DNA of 64,000 nt, taken from NCBI GenBank assembly GCA_965200315.1, contig OZ241362.1:3168001-3232000 (forward strand), read 5' to 3'. The translations under genes were made by a program, and so were the position numbers. Shown here one piece after another: positions 18,992 through 30,424 of the stretch; within the stretch, counting starts at the first letter, position 1; the number at the start of each line of letters is the position of its first letter. The notes under the pieces were generated by a model that made no database searches, was not told the origin of the DNA, and worked only from the letters and a program-made list of their open reading frames with translations. The stretch comes from Candidatus Latescibacterota bacterium (GTDB lineage Bacteria > Latescibacterota > UBA2968 > UBA8231).

Positions 18992-20041
18992 ATGAATCTA
19001 CTAATTGAAGGCGACAATATCAAGGGCTTGAACTATCTCTTGGACACGAGAAGTCTCCAAGGAAAAATAGACTTAGTGTACATTGACCCTCCCTTCGCTA
19101 CTGGCAGCGATTTTACTATTACCAAAGGGCGTGTTTCGACAGTGAGCCATTCGCGCAGTGGTTCTGTCGCTTATTCTGATCGACTGGTTGGGGCTGAGTT
19201 TGTCGATTTTTTGCGGAAAAGATTGGTTTTATTAAGAGAGCTTTTATCGACGAGAGGGTCTATTTATCTACATATTGACTACAAAATAGGACACTACGTC
19301 AAAGTTATGATGGACGAAGTATTTGGCATGAAAAATTTCCGTAACGACATCACGAGAATAAAATGCAATCCTAAGAACTTTAACAGAATTGGCTACGGAA
19401 ACATAAAAGACTTGATCCTTTTTTACAGCAAAACATCGTTTCCTATATGGAATGAACCAAGAGAAAAGTACTCGGCAAAAGACATCGAAAGACTATTTCC
19501 AAAAATGAACCAACAGGGAAGACGCTATACTACTGTACCTATTCATGCCCCAGGGGAAACAGAGCAGGGCAACTCCAATCGACCGTTTAGAGGCATGATG
19601 CCTCCGAAGGGCCGTCATTGGCGAACCGATGTAGAGACACTGGAGCAATGGGATAGAGACGGTCTGATAGAATGGTCGGCAACGGGCAATCCGCGAAAAG
19701 TAGTATTTGCAGATGAAAGAGAAGGTAAGAGGGTACAAGACATTTGGGAGTACAAGGACCCCCAATACCCTGTGTATCCAACGGAAAAAAATAATAGATT
19801 ACTAGATCTGATTATTCGCATCTCTTCTAATCCAGAGAGCATTGTGCTGGACTGTTTCTGCGGATCGGGAACGACGCTAAAATCTGCCCAGCAACTCAAC
19901 AGAAACTGGATCGGCATTGATCAATCAGAACACGCTATCAGAGCAACGATCAGAAAACTTGAAAACGCCGAAGGGGATTTTTTTGTTAGCGATCCAGAGT
20001 ACGAGTTTTTACAACTTGCCTCCGTAAATAGCGACAAGTAA
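18992..20041 (+). CDS. Site-specific DNA methyltransferase, beta class (N6-A/N4-C)
   Basis: YIDPPF (motif IV) precedes LDCFCGSGTT (motif I). Confidence 0.93.
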   Translation: MNLLIEGDNIKGLNYLLDTRSLQGKIDLVYIDPPFATGSDFTITKGRVSTVSHSRSGSVAYSDRLVGAEFVDFLRKRLVLLRELLSTRGSIYLHIDYKIGHYVKVMMDEVFGMKNFRNDITRIKCNPKNFNRIGYGNIKDLILFYSKTSFPIWNEPREKYSAKDIERLFPKMNQQGRRYTTVPIHAPGETEQGNSNRPFRGMMPPKGRHWRTDVETLEQWDRDGLIEWSATGNPRKVVFADEREGKRVQDIWEYKDPQYPVYPTEKNNRLLDLIIRISSNPESIVLDCFCGSGTTLKSAQQLNRNWIGIDQSEHAIRATIRKLENAEGDFFVSDPEYEFLQLASVNSDK

Positions 20042-20116
20042 TAGCTGAATGGTCAGTTCTTCTCGTTCTAATATCGCTATTGACTGTATATTACGACGCG
20101 TACTCTGAGCGTCTGC

Positions 20117-21040
20117 CTAGACTGCGATTCTCGCCAGATAAATACTGGTTTTTCCTTCGTGCGACGAATAATAACTCATCCACAGCAAGCCCTCGTGCTC
20201 GACTAGGCCGGGGTAACTACAGTCGCCGCCGCTGGGTAGCCACAGCACCGGCTCGTAACTGGTTGGCGTCATCCGCGCCAAGACCGTGGCCGCGCCGCCA
20301 TCGGGGTGCCGCCCGCGGGCACTGGCCCACAGGGCACCATCCGACCAGCGGATAAAATTAGGTCCTCCCATTGAGTAGCCGATCTGGGTCCACTGCCAGT
20401 CCGTGTACGGAGCTTGGCTGGTTCCGATCCAGTCGGGCCTCACTAGGGCAACCATGGTGCCGTCAGGCATAAAGCGCAGCGTGGTTTCGCTGGCCGTCCA
20501 AGTGTCGTTGGGCAGGAAGAACTCGGTGATCCACTGCCAGGCGAGGCCGTCGGTGCTGGAGTAGAGGAACCCCCGGCGCGGATGGGAGCCTTCGCCCAGC
20601 TTTGATACGCTGTAGGCGACCCCCTCGTGCCAAGTGACGCGCCACAGCCAGTGATCTTCCGCCAGCACTTTCTGCGGCGTAGTCCAGGTATAGCCATCGT
20701 CGGAGAAGGCAATGCGCGGTGCGCGGGTGCCGTACTCGGTGCCTGCGTACAGGCTGCCGCCGGCTACCAGCATCAGGCGTCCGTCGCTGGCGATCGACAG
20801 CTTGGGATCGCGCAGGTCTACTTCCTGTTCTGCTAGGACTGCTGCCGACTCATAGGCGTGGCCATCGTCTGAGCAAATGACGCGCACGGTGCCGATACTC
20901 GGCCCGTGGTCTTGGGCCTCGCGGAAGGTACACCACCACCGATCGGCGAAGCGCACCAGATCGGTAAAGGCGTTGTGGGGACCGCGGTCCCAGATCTTCT
21001 CAACCGAGAGGATTTGCGGCGTTGTAGAGTGCGTATTCAT
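20117..21040 (-). CDS. Sialidase-like / BNR-repeat beta-propeller protein
   Basis: HNAFTDL, Asp-box SDDG/STDG repeats, GDCSYPG. Confidence 0.8.
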   Translation of the reverse strand: MNTHSTTPQILSVEKIWDRGPHNAFTDLVRFADRWWCTFREAQDHGPSIGTVRVICSDDGHAYESAAVLAEQEVDLRDPKLSIASDGRLMLVAGGSLYAGTEYGTRAPRIAFSDDGYTWTTPQKVLAEDHWLWRVTWHEGVAYSVSKLGEGSHPRRGFLYSSTDGLAWQWITEFFLPNDTWTASETTLRFMPDGTMVALVRPDWIGTSQAPYTDWQWTQIGYSMGGPNFIRWSDGALWASARGRHPDGGAATVLARMTPTSYEPVLWLPSGGDCSYPGLVEHEGLLWMSYYSSHEGKTSIYLARIAV

Positions 21041-21118
21041 CGTTCATCTCCTCGTTAGATTTGTCGCGAAAGCTGTTGCACGCCCCCTGATAAGTCAAGT
21101 TTGATCCTCTATCCACGT

Positions 21119-21163
21119 TCTATATATGTTCCTTAAACATAATGTTTGAGAAGCATATATAGA
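21119..21163. promoter_or_regulatory. 45-bp AT-rich inverted repeat (putative operator) upstream of ATPase gene
   Basis: TCTATATATGTTCCTTAAACAT-A-ATGTTTGAGAAGCATATATAGA. Confidence 0.6.
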
Positions 21164-21174
21164 GAAGCTGTGCC

Positions 21175-22156
21175 ATGCGCCTCGAATTTTTGGACAGAAC
21201 GCGGGAAGTTGATCGACTGACCAAGGCTCTCGCTGCCCAAAATCCCAGTTTTATCGTGGTCTTTGGTCGGCGTCGATGCGGTAAGTCAACTCTTTTGCAG
21301 CAGGTGATTCGCCCGGGCGATATCTACTGAAGCCATTGAACAGTACGCGGTTTGGGGTGGCGTACCGCGCTACTGGGAACTGGCCCGGGATTACACCGGC
21401 CTGCAAGCTGCCATCGAGGAACTGGTGCTCGATAAATACGGCGTCCTCCACAGCGAACCCGAGCGCTTGTTGCTCGACGATATGCGCAGCACCGTGCAGG
21501 CTAATTCCCTGCTGTCGCTTATCGCCAATGGCTGCCATCGACTCTCCGAAATCGGTGCGCGGCTGGGCAAACCCGCAGGTCATTTGACCCGCCCCCTTGC
21601 CCAGTTGATCGAACTGGGCTATATCCGGCGGGAAGTGCCCTTTGGCGAGACCACCAAATCGACTAGGCGCTCTCTATACAAACTGAACGATCCGTTTCTG
21701 ATCTTCTGGTATCGCTATGTCCAGCCCAACCGGTCGCTGTTGGAACGCGATTTAATCGACGATGTAACCCGCGCTATTAGGACCACTTTTGCACAACATG
21801 TCGCCGATATATGGGAAGATCTAGCCCGCCTCTCCACTGCCGCCTTGCCCATTGGCAATATCCGGTGGAAACCAGCCCAGCGTTGGTGGGGGCGCGGCTT
21901 GGATGGGCAGCCAATGGAGATTGACTTGGTTGCTGAGTCCCTCGATGGTGAGGCCCTGTTGCTAGCTGAGGTCAAATGGCAGGAGCGGCCGAATCAGGGT
22001 GCTGTTTTCGACCGTTTGCGCTACTGCGCGGCAAACTTTCCCCAAGCCCGAGGAAGGGAGACGATCCTAGGGGCTTGGCTCAAGCAGGGGGTCGCTAAAA
22101 CCCAACCAAGAGAATTCGTCGTCCATCCAGCAGGAACGCTGGCGGTTCTGCGCTGA
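21175..22156 (+). pseudogene. Archaeal-type ATPase (ATPase_2-wHTH-DUF234) with internal deletion
   Basis: MRLEFLDRTRE...FGRRRCGKSTLL stops at 21330; resumes in another frame at YAVWGGVPRYWEL...DPFLIFWYRY...EIDLVA...EVKW; Walker B region missing. Confidence 0.85.
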
Positions 22157-22234
22157 GCCAGCAGACGACCAGCTATCTTTCGAGTCGCGGCATTTTCGCC
22201 GGAAGTCCATATTACGACAAAAAAGGATCAAACT

Positions 22235-23713
<1,479 letters not shown>

Positions 23714-23720
23714 GGTAGCA

Positions 23721-25115
23721 ATGAAAAACAAAATCGAAGAAACAATCGTCGCCGAGGTCGAGGCGCGGTCCGAGGCTTGGGAAAATCTGCTCGTGCTGGC
23801 CGACGACATTGGCATGCGCGTAGCCGGCAGCAAGGGAGAGGTCCAAGCCCGGGACTTCCTGTTGCAGACCTTTCAGCACTATGGACTCGACCGCGTCCAC
23901 TTAGAGTCTTTCGAGTACCTTGCTTGGCGGCCGCAGTGCGAGGAGTTGACCGTGGTGGCACCGGAGGCTGGACGCTCAATCCCCTGCCGGTGCGGAGGGC
24001 TGTCGCCTTCGACCCCGGAGCAAGGAGTAGAAGGCGAGGTCGTGTTCCTCGAGCGCTGCGACGCCGAGGAGCTAGAGCAGCGTGCCGACGAGGTGCGCGG
24101 CCGCATCGCAGTGGCTCCCTACTACCCCTTTGCCCGCCAGTTGAAGACGCCCTTGGCCGCGCGCTTCGGTGCCGTGGCACTGCTTGAGCACCGCAACTAC
24201 GCCGGTGCCCTACAGCCGGCCCGCACCTGCTGCTTCCAGCGGGTCGGCGATTTGCCGGTGGCCTCGATCAGTCTCGAAGACGCCGAGTACCTCAAGCGTC
24301 TGCAACAGCGGCGTGGACCAGTGCGGCTACAGTTGGTCCTCGACAGCCGCATCGAGCCCAAGGAGTCGTGGAACGTGGTCGGCGAGTTGACCGGGGTTGA
24401 GCATCCGCAGCAAACCTTGGTTTGTGGTGCTCACTACGACACTTGGCACGTGGGGCCCGGTGCTATTGACAACGCCGCGGGCGTGGTCGCCGTGGTCGAG
24501 GCGGCGCGCTCGCTCGCCGTGCATCGCGAGCATCTGCGGCGCACGGTGCGGTTCGTGGCCTTTGGAGTCGAGGAGTCGGGGCTGGTCGGGTCTTGGGCGT
24601 ACACACAGCAGCACGCCGGCGAACTCGACGACACTTGGCTGATGATCAACAACGATGTCGGCGGCCGGCCCTCGGGGCTGGGAATCGCCGGGGCCGAGGA
24701 TCTGCTGCCGGTTTTGGCGGCGGTGGCGAGGCGCGTCCGCGTGGATGGGCTCGAAAAACCCTTCGGCGCGTCCTGCGGCACGACGAGTTGGGGTTCGGAT
24801 CACTTCCCGTTCTTTGCCCACGGCGTGCCCACCGTGGGGCTGGGCACAGAATCGGTATGGCCCGAGGATCGCTTCTATGGCCACAGCCGAGCCGACACCG
24901 CGGACAAGGTCTATCCCCAGGGCCTGAGCGAGTGCGCGGCGATCAATGCGCGGGTGCTGTTCGAGGTGGCCAACTTAGACGAACGTCCGGCGCAGCGGCG
25001 CACACGGGAAGAGTTGGAAGCGTCCTTTGCCGGCACGTCGCTGGCGGAAGCTGTTGAGTTGCTCGACTTGTGGCCGCCGGAACGGGTGCTGGCGAGGTAT
25101 TTCGAGAGGGGATGA
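23721..25115 (+). CDS. Peptidase M28 with PA domain
   Basis: GAHYDT, GAIDNAAG, VEESGLVGS, SDHFPF, HSRADT. Confidence 0.9.
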   Translation: MKNKIEETIVAEVEARSEAWENLLVLADDIGMRVAGSKGEVQARDFLLQTFQHYGLDRVHLESFEYLAWRPQCEELTVVAPEAGRSIPCRCGGLSPSTPEQGVEGEVVFLERCDAEELEQRADEVRGRIAVAPYYPFARQLKTPLAARFGAVALLEHRNYAGALQPARTCCFQRVGDLPVASISLEDAEYLKRLQQRRGPVRLQLVLDSRIEPKESWNVVGELTGVEHPQQTLVCGAHYDTWHVGPGAIDNAAGVVAVVEAARSLAVHREHLRRTVRFVAFGVEESGLVGSWAYTQQHAGELDDTWLMINNDVGGRPSGLGIAGAEDLLPVLAAVARRVRVDGLEKPFGASCGTTSWGSDHFPFFAHGVPTVGLGTESVWPEDRFYGHSRADTADKVYPQGLSECAAINARVLFEVANLDERPAQRRTREELEASFAGTSLAEAVELLDLWPPERVLARYFERG

Positions 25116-25124
25116 AGCGGCTGC

Positions 25125-26201
25125 TCAGCCCAAGTCCAGATTGAAATTCGCAGGATCGAGACCACTGTCTTCGGCTAGCCCTCGCAGGCTTATCAAGACA
25201 TCCTCGGGCATGACAATACCCTCGGCTAGCGCTTGCTCCCGCTGGTTCCACTCGATTTCGCCTGGTAGGAAGATGGTCCCGCCTTTGGCTGGAGAAGCGC
25301 TCTTGATCTCTTTGCATAAGGCGTCCATGCGGGCGTGGAATTCCTCCAGCGGCATCATCGCGCCGACGTCAATGGCGACAAAGGCGTGACCTTGGTTGGA
25401 GGGCGCGTCCGTGTCGGCCACCCAGCTCTGGACGCTGCTCATCATCGCCGCTCCGCTAAGGGTCGCTGTTAGCAACTCTACCAGCACAGCCAATCCGTAC
25501 CCTTTGTGCCCGGCCATGGGCAATTGCGCCCCTTTTTCCGGAAACTCGGTGGGATCAGTCGTTGGGATGCCCTCTTCGTCCACCAGCCAAGTGTCGGGAA
25601 TGCTGCGCCCTTCGTTTTTGGCCGCGAATATCTTGGTGGCCGCAACCGCGCTGGTGGCAATATCGAGCATGACGGTGCGGTCGGTGCCGGTGGGTGCGGC
25701 GTAGGCGATCGGGTTGGTCCCCAACACTCTGCTCTTGCCGCCCGGCACGGTCATGCAGGGTTCTACATTGCACATGGAAAGACCGATCATGTCGTTTTCG
25801 GCGATCATGTTGGCGTAAAATCCGGCGGCACCGTAGTGGCTGCTGCCTCGGATGCCGATGTAGCACATGCCGCTTTGGCGAGCTTTTTCAACAGCTAGCT
25901 CAACGGCGCGGCAGGAGATGGCGGGCGGCATGCCGTCGCAGGCGTCGATAATGGCCCAAGAGGGTCCCTCGGCGACGATTTTCTCTTTTGCGGTCGCGAC
26001 TAGACGGCCGCGCCGCGCATTCTGCATCAGGCCGCGAATTTGCCGGGTACCGTGCGTAAAGGTGCCCCAAGTGTCGGTGGTGACGAAGACGTGGGCGCTT
26101 AGTGCGGCGTCTTCTTGGCTGAGGCCGGCTTTGACCATGGCGGCGGTGCAAAAAGCCTTCAGGTCGTCCGGTTGGATGCTTTGGCGGGTAGGTTCAGTCA
26201 A
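25125..26201 (-). CDS. Ldh_2 family (malate/L-lactate/ureidoglycolate-type) dehydrogenase
   Basis: THG, SSHYGAAG, LGTNPIA, LDIATS, GHKGYGL, FLPGE. Confidence 0.9.
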   Translation of the reverse strand: MTEPTRQSIQPDDLKAFCTAAMVKAGLSQEDAALSAHVFVTTDTWGTFTHGTRQIRGLMQNARRGRLVATAKEKIVAEGPSWAIIDACDGMPPAISCRAVELAVEKARQSGMCYIGIRGSSHYGAAGFYANMIAENDMIGLSMCNVEPCMTVPGGKSRVLGTNPIAYAAPTGTDRTVMLDIATSAVAATKIFAAKNEGRSIPDTWLVDEEGIPTTDPTEFPEKGAQLPMAGHKGYGLAVLVELLTATLSGAAMMSSVQSWVADTDAPSNQGHAFVAIDVGAMMPLEEFHARMDALCKEIKSASPAKGGTIFLPGEIEWNQREQALAEGIVMPEDVLISLRGLAEDSGLDPANFNLDLG

Positions 26202-26464
26202 TGGATTGGCTCCTTTTTAGTTGGTGCGTGGTTCGCGCCTATGGATAAAGAGATTTTTCGCGGCCTAGTCAAGGAAGGATGGCGTCTGTTGGCGCGGAGT
26301 GGTAACGGGGCCGCTCCTTGACTAGCGCCCGCAAGGGCCTTTTAATGCCATTACTTTCACCTACGTCAATGCGCTATGTTGATCGCCAGTTGGCCGTTGT
26401 TGCTCTTGGGCTATAAGCACCTTGCTCACCAGAAAGGGAGCTCCGAAACGGAAGCGAACACGCC

Positions 26465-28027
26465 ATGCGTTTCTTCAACACAGCCGGCCCTATCATCGCG
26501 GCGGATCACTACCACATCCCGCCGTTGGAACGGCTCGACCTCGACGAGGTCCTACTGCTGATCGAGCAGAAACGGTACTTTGCGCTGCACGCACCGAGGC
26601 AGACGGGCAAGACATCCGCGTTGCTGGCGCTAAGGGATGAGCTCAACGGCAGCGGGCGGTATCGCTGCGTGTACGTAAATGTCGAGATCGGCCAGTCGGC
26701 GCGGGAGGATGTGGGGGCGGCCATGCGGGCCATTCTCGGTCAGATGGCTTTAGAGGCGGAGTTCGTTTTGAGCGATCTGACGCTAAGGGAGATAAGTCTC
26801 GACACTTTGGAGGCGTTTGGCCCGCACCAAGCGCTCCAAGGGACGTTGAGGCGCTGGTCGGCGGCGGATGCCAAACCGCTGGTGCTGCTGATTGACGAGA
26901 TCGACGCGCTGATCGGCGATACGCTCTTAGCCGTGCTGCGGCAACTGCGTGCGGGGTATCCCGACCGGCCACAGCACTACCCGCAGACCGTCGTCCTGTG
27001 TGGTGTGCGCGATGTGCGCGACTACCGCATCCAATCCACCGCCGAGAACGCCATCATCGCCGGCGGCAGCGCGTTCAACATCCGCGCCGAATCCCTGCGC
27101 TTGGGCGATTTCTCACTGGCCGAAGTGCAGGCGCTGTTGGTGCAACACACCGAGACCATCGGGCAGGTGTTTGCCGAGGATGCGCAAAACGAGGTCTGGC
27201 GGCTAACCCAAGGCCAGCCGTGGCTGGTCAACGCCTTGGCGTACGAAGCGTGCTTTAGGAACAAGGCCGGACGGGATCGCAGTCGTCCCATCACGGCCGC
27301 GGCGATAAGCGATGCTCGCGAGCAGCTCATTTTGCGACGCGAGACCCACCTAGACCAACTCACTGACAAGCTGCAAGAGGAGCGCGTACGGCGCGTGGTT
27401 GAGCCGTTGCTGAGCGGTGCCGAATCCGACGAAGCCATTCCCCAAGACGATGTGGAATACGTCCATGATCTCGGCCTTGTGCGCTTAGTTCCCTTTGCCA
27501 TTGCCAACCCGATCTATCAGGAAGTCATCCCCCGCGCTCTGACTTACACCACGCAGATCAGATTCCGACACGAGCCGACTTGGTACGTGGATGCGGACGG
27601 GCGGCTGCGCCTTGACGACTTGCTGACCGCATTCCAAGCGTTCTTCCGCGAACATTCGGAACATTGGGTCGAGCGATTCCAGTACAAGGAAGCCGGTCCT
27701 CAATTGCTCTTGCAGGCGTTCCTCCAGCGCATCGTCAACAGCGGTGGGCGGATTGAGCGCGAGTATGGCTTGGGTCGGATGCGCACGGACCTGCTGATCG
27801 CGTGGCCGATGCAGCGGGTGGTGATCGAATGCAAACTGCTGTACAAGAGCTTAGAGCAGACCATTGTTGCGGGTCTCGATCAGACTCGCGCCTACATGGA
27901 TCGCTGCGCCGCGACCGAAGGGCATCTGGTGATCTTCGACCGCACGGCCGGGGTGTCGTGGGACGACAAGATATTCCGCCGCGAGGAGGGCCGGGACGCG
28001 GCGAAAGTCACTGTGTGGGGCATGTGA
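26465..28027 (+). CDS. AAA ATPase with C-terminal PD-(D/E)xK nuclease-like domain
   Basis: MRFFNTAGP, HAPRQTGKTS, LLIDEID, REYGLGRMRTDLLI...VIECK. Confidence 0.88.
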   Translation: MRFFNTAGPIIAADHYHIPPLERLDLDEVLLLIEQKRYFALHAPRQTGKTSALLALRDELNGSGRYRCVYVNVEIGQSAREDVGAAMRAILGQMALEAEFVLSDLTLREISLDTLEAFGPHQALQGTLRRWSAADAKPLVLLIDEIDALIGDTLLAVLRQLRAGYPDRPQHYPQTVVLCGVRDVRDYRIQSTAENAIIAGGSAFNIRAESLRLGDFSLAEVQALLVQHTETIGQVFAEDAQNEVWRLTQGQPWLVNALAYEACFRNKAGRDRSRPITAAAISDAREQLILRRETHLDQLTDKLQEERVRRVVEPLLSGAESDEAIPQDDVEYVHDLGLVRLVPFAIANPIYQEVIPRALTYTTQIRFRHEPTWYVDADGRLRLDDLLTAFQAFFREHSEHWVERFQYKEAGPQLLLQAFLQRIVNSGGRIEREYGLGRMRTDLLIAWPMQRVVIECKLLYKSLEQTIVAGLDQTRAYMDRCAATEGHLVIFDRTAGVSWDDKIFRREEGRDAAKVTVWGM

Positions 28028-28086
28028 AGGTGTGGCGGATAGACCTAAAAATAGATGCTTTTGATGAACTATAGGAGGCATAGCTT

Positions 28087-28872
28087 ATGAACAGTAGTAC
28101 AGAGCTTGAACAGTACGTAACGATAGAAGAATACCTCAAGGGGCGGCGCTGCATTATCACCGGCTCTAGTGGGACGATTGGAAAACTCTTTGCGACCTTT
28201 ATTGCCTCGCGCGGCGGGATCCCCATTCTGGTGGATGTTGTCTCGCAAGAAGAGACTGAGGAGGCCGTCGCGTCCTACGGTGGCGAGTACAGTGCTCATC
28301 GCGTTGATCTCAGCGATGTCGCGCAGATCAAATCCTTCTACGCTGAAATCGCCGAACAATACGACGGCCTCGACCTGATCATCAATAACGCCGGGCTGCT
28401 CAGCGAGGTAAAGCTACTCGACATGACCGAGGACAACTGGGACCGCGTTCTCAATGTAAATGCAAAAGGCGCGGCCTTTATGAGCCAAGGCGCGGTCGGC
28501 CTGATGCAGCATGGCAGCGGCGACCGACAAATCATCAACATTGTGTCGCTGGCCGCATTGGTGGGCGGGCTGTACGTGGGGGCACCCTATGTGTGCAGCA
28601 AGGCGGCCCTGCTCGGTCTCAGCCGCAACTATGCGGTGCAGGCGGGTAAGGAATTCGGGATTCGCGTCAATTCCATCAGCCCGGTCATTGTCAGCGGCCA
28701 GATGATTTCCAACACGCCGTGCGAAGCCATTGACGGAGTCAAAAACCTAATGAAGGTGTGGAATCAAGAAGTCCCCCCTATGCACCTGCTCTACGTTTTT
28801 GAAATGCTGTGCAGAACTCCGTCGATGACGGGTAAGAACATCGTCCTCGACGGCGGCATTCTGCTGGAGTAG
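28087..28872 (+). CDS. SDR family oxidoreductase
   Basis: ITGSSGTIG, INNAG, YVCSK, VLDGG. Confidence 0.88.
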   Translation: MNSSTELEQYVTIEEYLKGRRCIITGSSGTIGKLFATFIASRGGIPILVDVVSQEETEEAVASYGGEYSAHRVDLSDVAQIKSFYAEIAEQYDGLDLIINNAGLLSEVKLLDMTEDNWDRVLNVNAKGAAFMSQGAVGLMQHGSGDRQIINIVSLAALVGGLYVGAPYVCSKAALLGLSRNYAVQAGKEFGIRVNSISPVIVSGQMISNTPCEAIDGVKNLMKVWNQEVPPMHLLYVFEMLCRTPSMTGKNIVLDGGILLE

Positions 28873-28958
28873 GTATGGATTCCGATCGCGCGGCGATTTG
28901 GGCAGCGGCGATCTAACTGCTTGTGGCGGTGCGGCAAATGGCGTTACATTGGGATTAG

Positions 28959-29618
28959 GTGGTGTTACCCATGCACAGTTCAACACTCGGCGACAGCGAT
29001 TTTGAGATACTTGTCAGCGACCGCCCGGTCGCGCTGGCAGAGTACTTTCGCGGCTTTACCAATACCAAGAGGCTGGGGGTGCTAGCGCCCAATCGCCTCG
29101 AGGGCGTCGGGGCCGTCAGTTTGATCATGGCCCACGTAACCGCCTTTTACAATACCTACCGTGCCACGGGTGAGGATTTTTTCGCGTATCCCGATAACTT
29201 TACCTTCCAATCGTGCGAGCCCAAGGCGGCCTACGGGATGTTCGACATCTGGCCGGAGCACAAAGACGTGCTGGTCGGCACGGATGCGATCGAGCGGCTC
29301 AACGCGATTACCGACCGCGGCGTCAACATCTTGCTCGTGCCCGACGGTCCTCCGGCCCTGTGCGAGTACCAGCGGCAGCAGCTAGCCGCGGCCGAGCGGC
29401 TCATCGAAACCTGCTATGCGTATTCAGCCACCGGCGAGGTCGCCGATCCCGACGTAGTAATCCGCTGCCCGGCAGATCCGCTCGCCGATTGGTGCCAAAG
29501 CGTCTGCGACTCCGTGCCCGACGGCGAAGGCGGGGAGGGCTGGCAGGGCCAAGGTTCCGTGCTCGAACAATCCTTCCGCCGCATCAGTCGGCAAGACGCG
29601 CTCGCTCGTCTCGCTTAA
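28959..29618 (+). CDS. Hypothetical protein
   Basis: Well-placed 219-aa ORF co-oriented between SDR and PhyH; no recognised domain; start uncertain. Confidence 0.7.
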   Translation: MVLPMHSSTLGDSDFEILVSDRPVALAEYFRGFTNTKRLGVLAPNRLEGVGAVSLIMAHVTAFYNTYRATGEDFFAYPDNFTFQSCEPKAAYGMFDIWPEHKDVLVGTDAIERLNAITDRGVNILLVPDGPPALCEYQRQQLAAAERLIETCYAYSATGEVADPDVVIRCPADPLADWCQSVCDSVPDGEGGEGWQGQGSVLEQSFRRISRQDALARLA

Positions 29619-29635
29619 GACCAAAGGAATTTGCC

Positions 29636-30424
29636 ATGACCGCTCTCCACGCCTCCGCGCTCAGTCCCGCCGAACTCGACCAGTTTCACGATCAAGGCTA
29701 CGTGCGCCTCGGCCACGTCGCTTCCCGCGAGGAAATCGACGCCCTCTGCCAGCGCATCGACCAGATCATGCTCGGCGAAGTGCGCTACGACAATATGCTC
29801 ATGCAGCTCTGCCCTTCGGCCGGCAATCCCGAGCTTTCGCGGCAGACCAAGGAGTTTAAGGGCTCTTCGCTGAAGTACCGCAAAATTCAGGACCTGGAGC
29901 AGGATCCGCTGTTCTTGGGCTATATGCAAAAGCCGCTCTTCCGCGACTTAACCGCCAAAATCGTCAGCGCGGAGGTCTCGATTTTTCGCGCCATGTTTTT
30001 CAACAAGCCCGCCGAGCAGGGCGTCCTGATCAACTGGCACCAAGACGGTGTTGGCGGCTGGCAACTGAGCATTCCCCCCAAAGTCACGGTGTGGACCGCG
30101 CTCGACGACACGTGCGTTGCCAACGGTTGCCTACAGATCATCCCCAGCTCGCACCACACCATGATCCCCGAGACGGGCGACCAGCTCTCGGCGGACGAGC
30201 GCGCGTTGCACGCCCCGGATGAGAAGCGGCTCTATTTGGAAATGGAAAAAGGCGAGGTGGTGCTTTTGCACAACTGGACGTTGCACCGCTCGGAGACGAA
30301 TAGCACCAATCACCCGCGCCGTGCGTTCAGCGTTTGCTACATTGACGCAGCTACCCGCCAAAAGACCTCGGGCTGCGCCTTTCCCCGCGTCTTCCCGACC
30401 TACCAGCCTATTACAGATAATTGA
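29636..30424 (+). CDS. Phytanoyl-CoA dioxygenase (PhyH) family protein
   Basis: FHDQGYV, FFNKP, WHQD, WTALDD...NGCLQIIP, LHRS; ATG 29636 after AAGGA. Confidence 0.9.
   Translation: MTALHASALSPAELDQFHDQGYVRLGHVASREEIDALCQRIDQIMLGEVRYDNMLMQLCPSAGNPELSRQTKEFKGSSLKYRKIQDLEQDPLFLGYMQKPLFRDLTAKIVSAEVSIFRAMFFNKPAEQGVLINWHQDGVGGWQLSIPPKVTVWTALDDTCVANGCLQIIPSSHHTMIPETGDQLSADERALHAPDEKRLYLEMEKGEVVLLHNWTLHRSETNSTNHPRRAFSVCYIDAATRQKTSGCAFPRVFPTYQPITDN

Noticed and set aside
29213-29635. 403-aa N-terminally extended PhyH ORF
   Set aside because: The extension overlaps the upstream gene and is Arg/Ala-rich shadow sequence; the RBS supports ATG 29636
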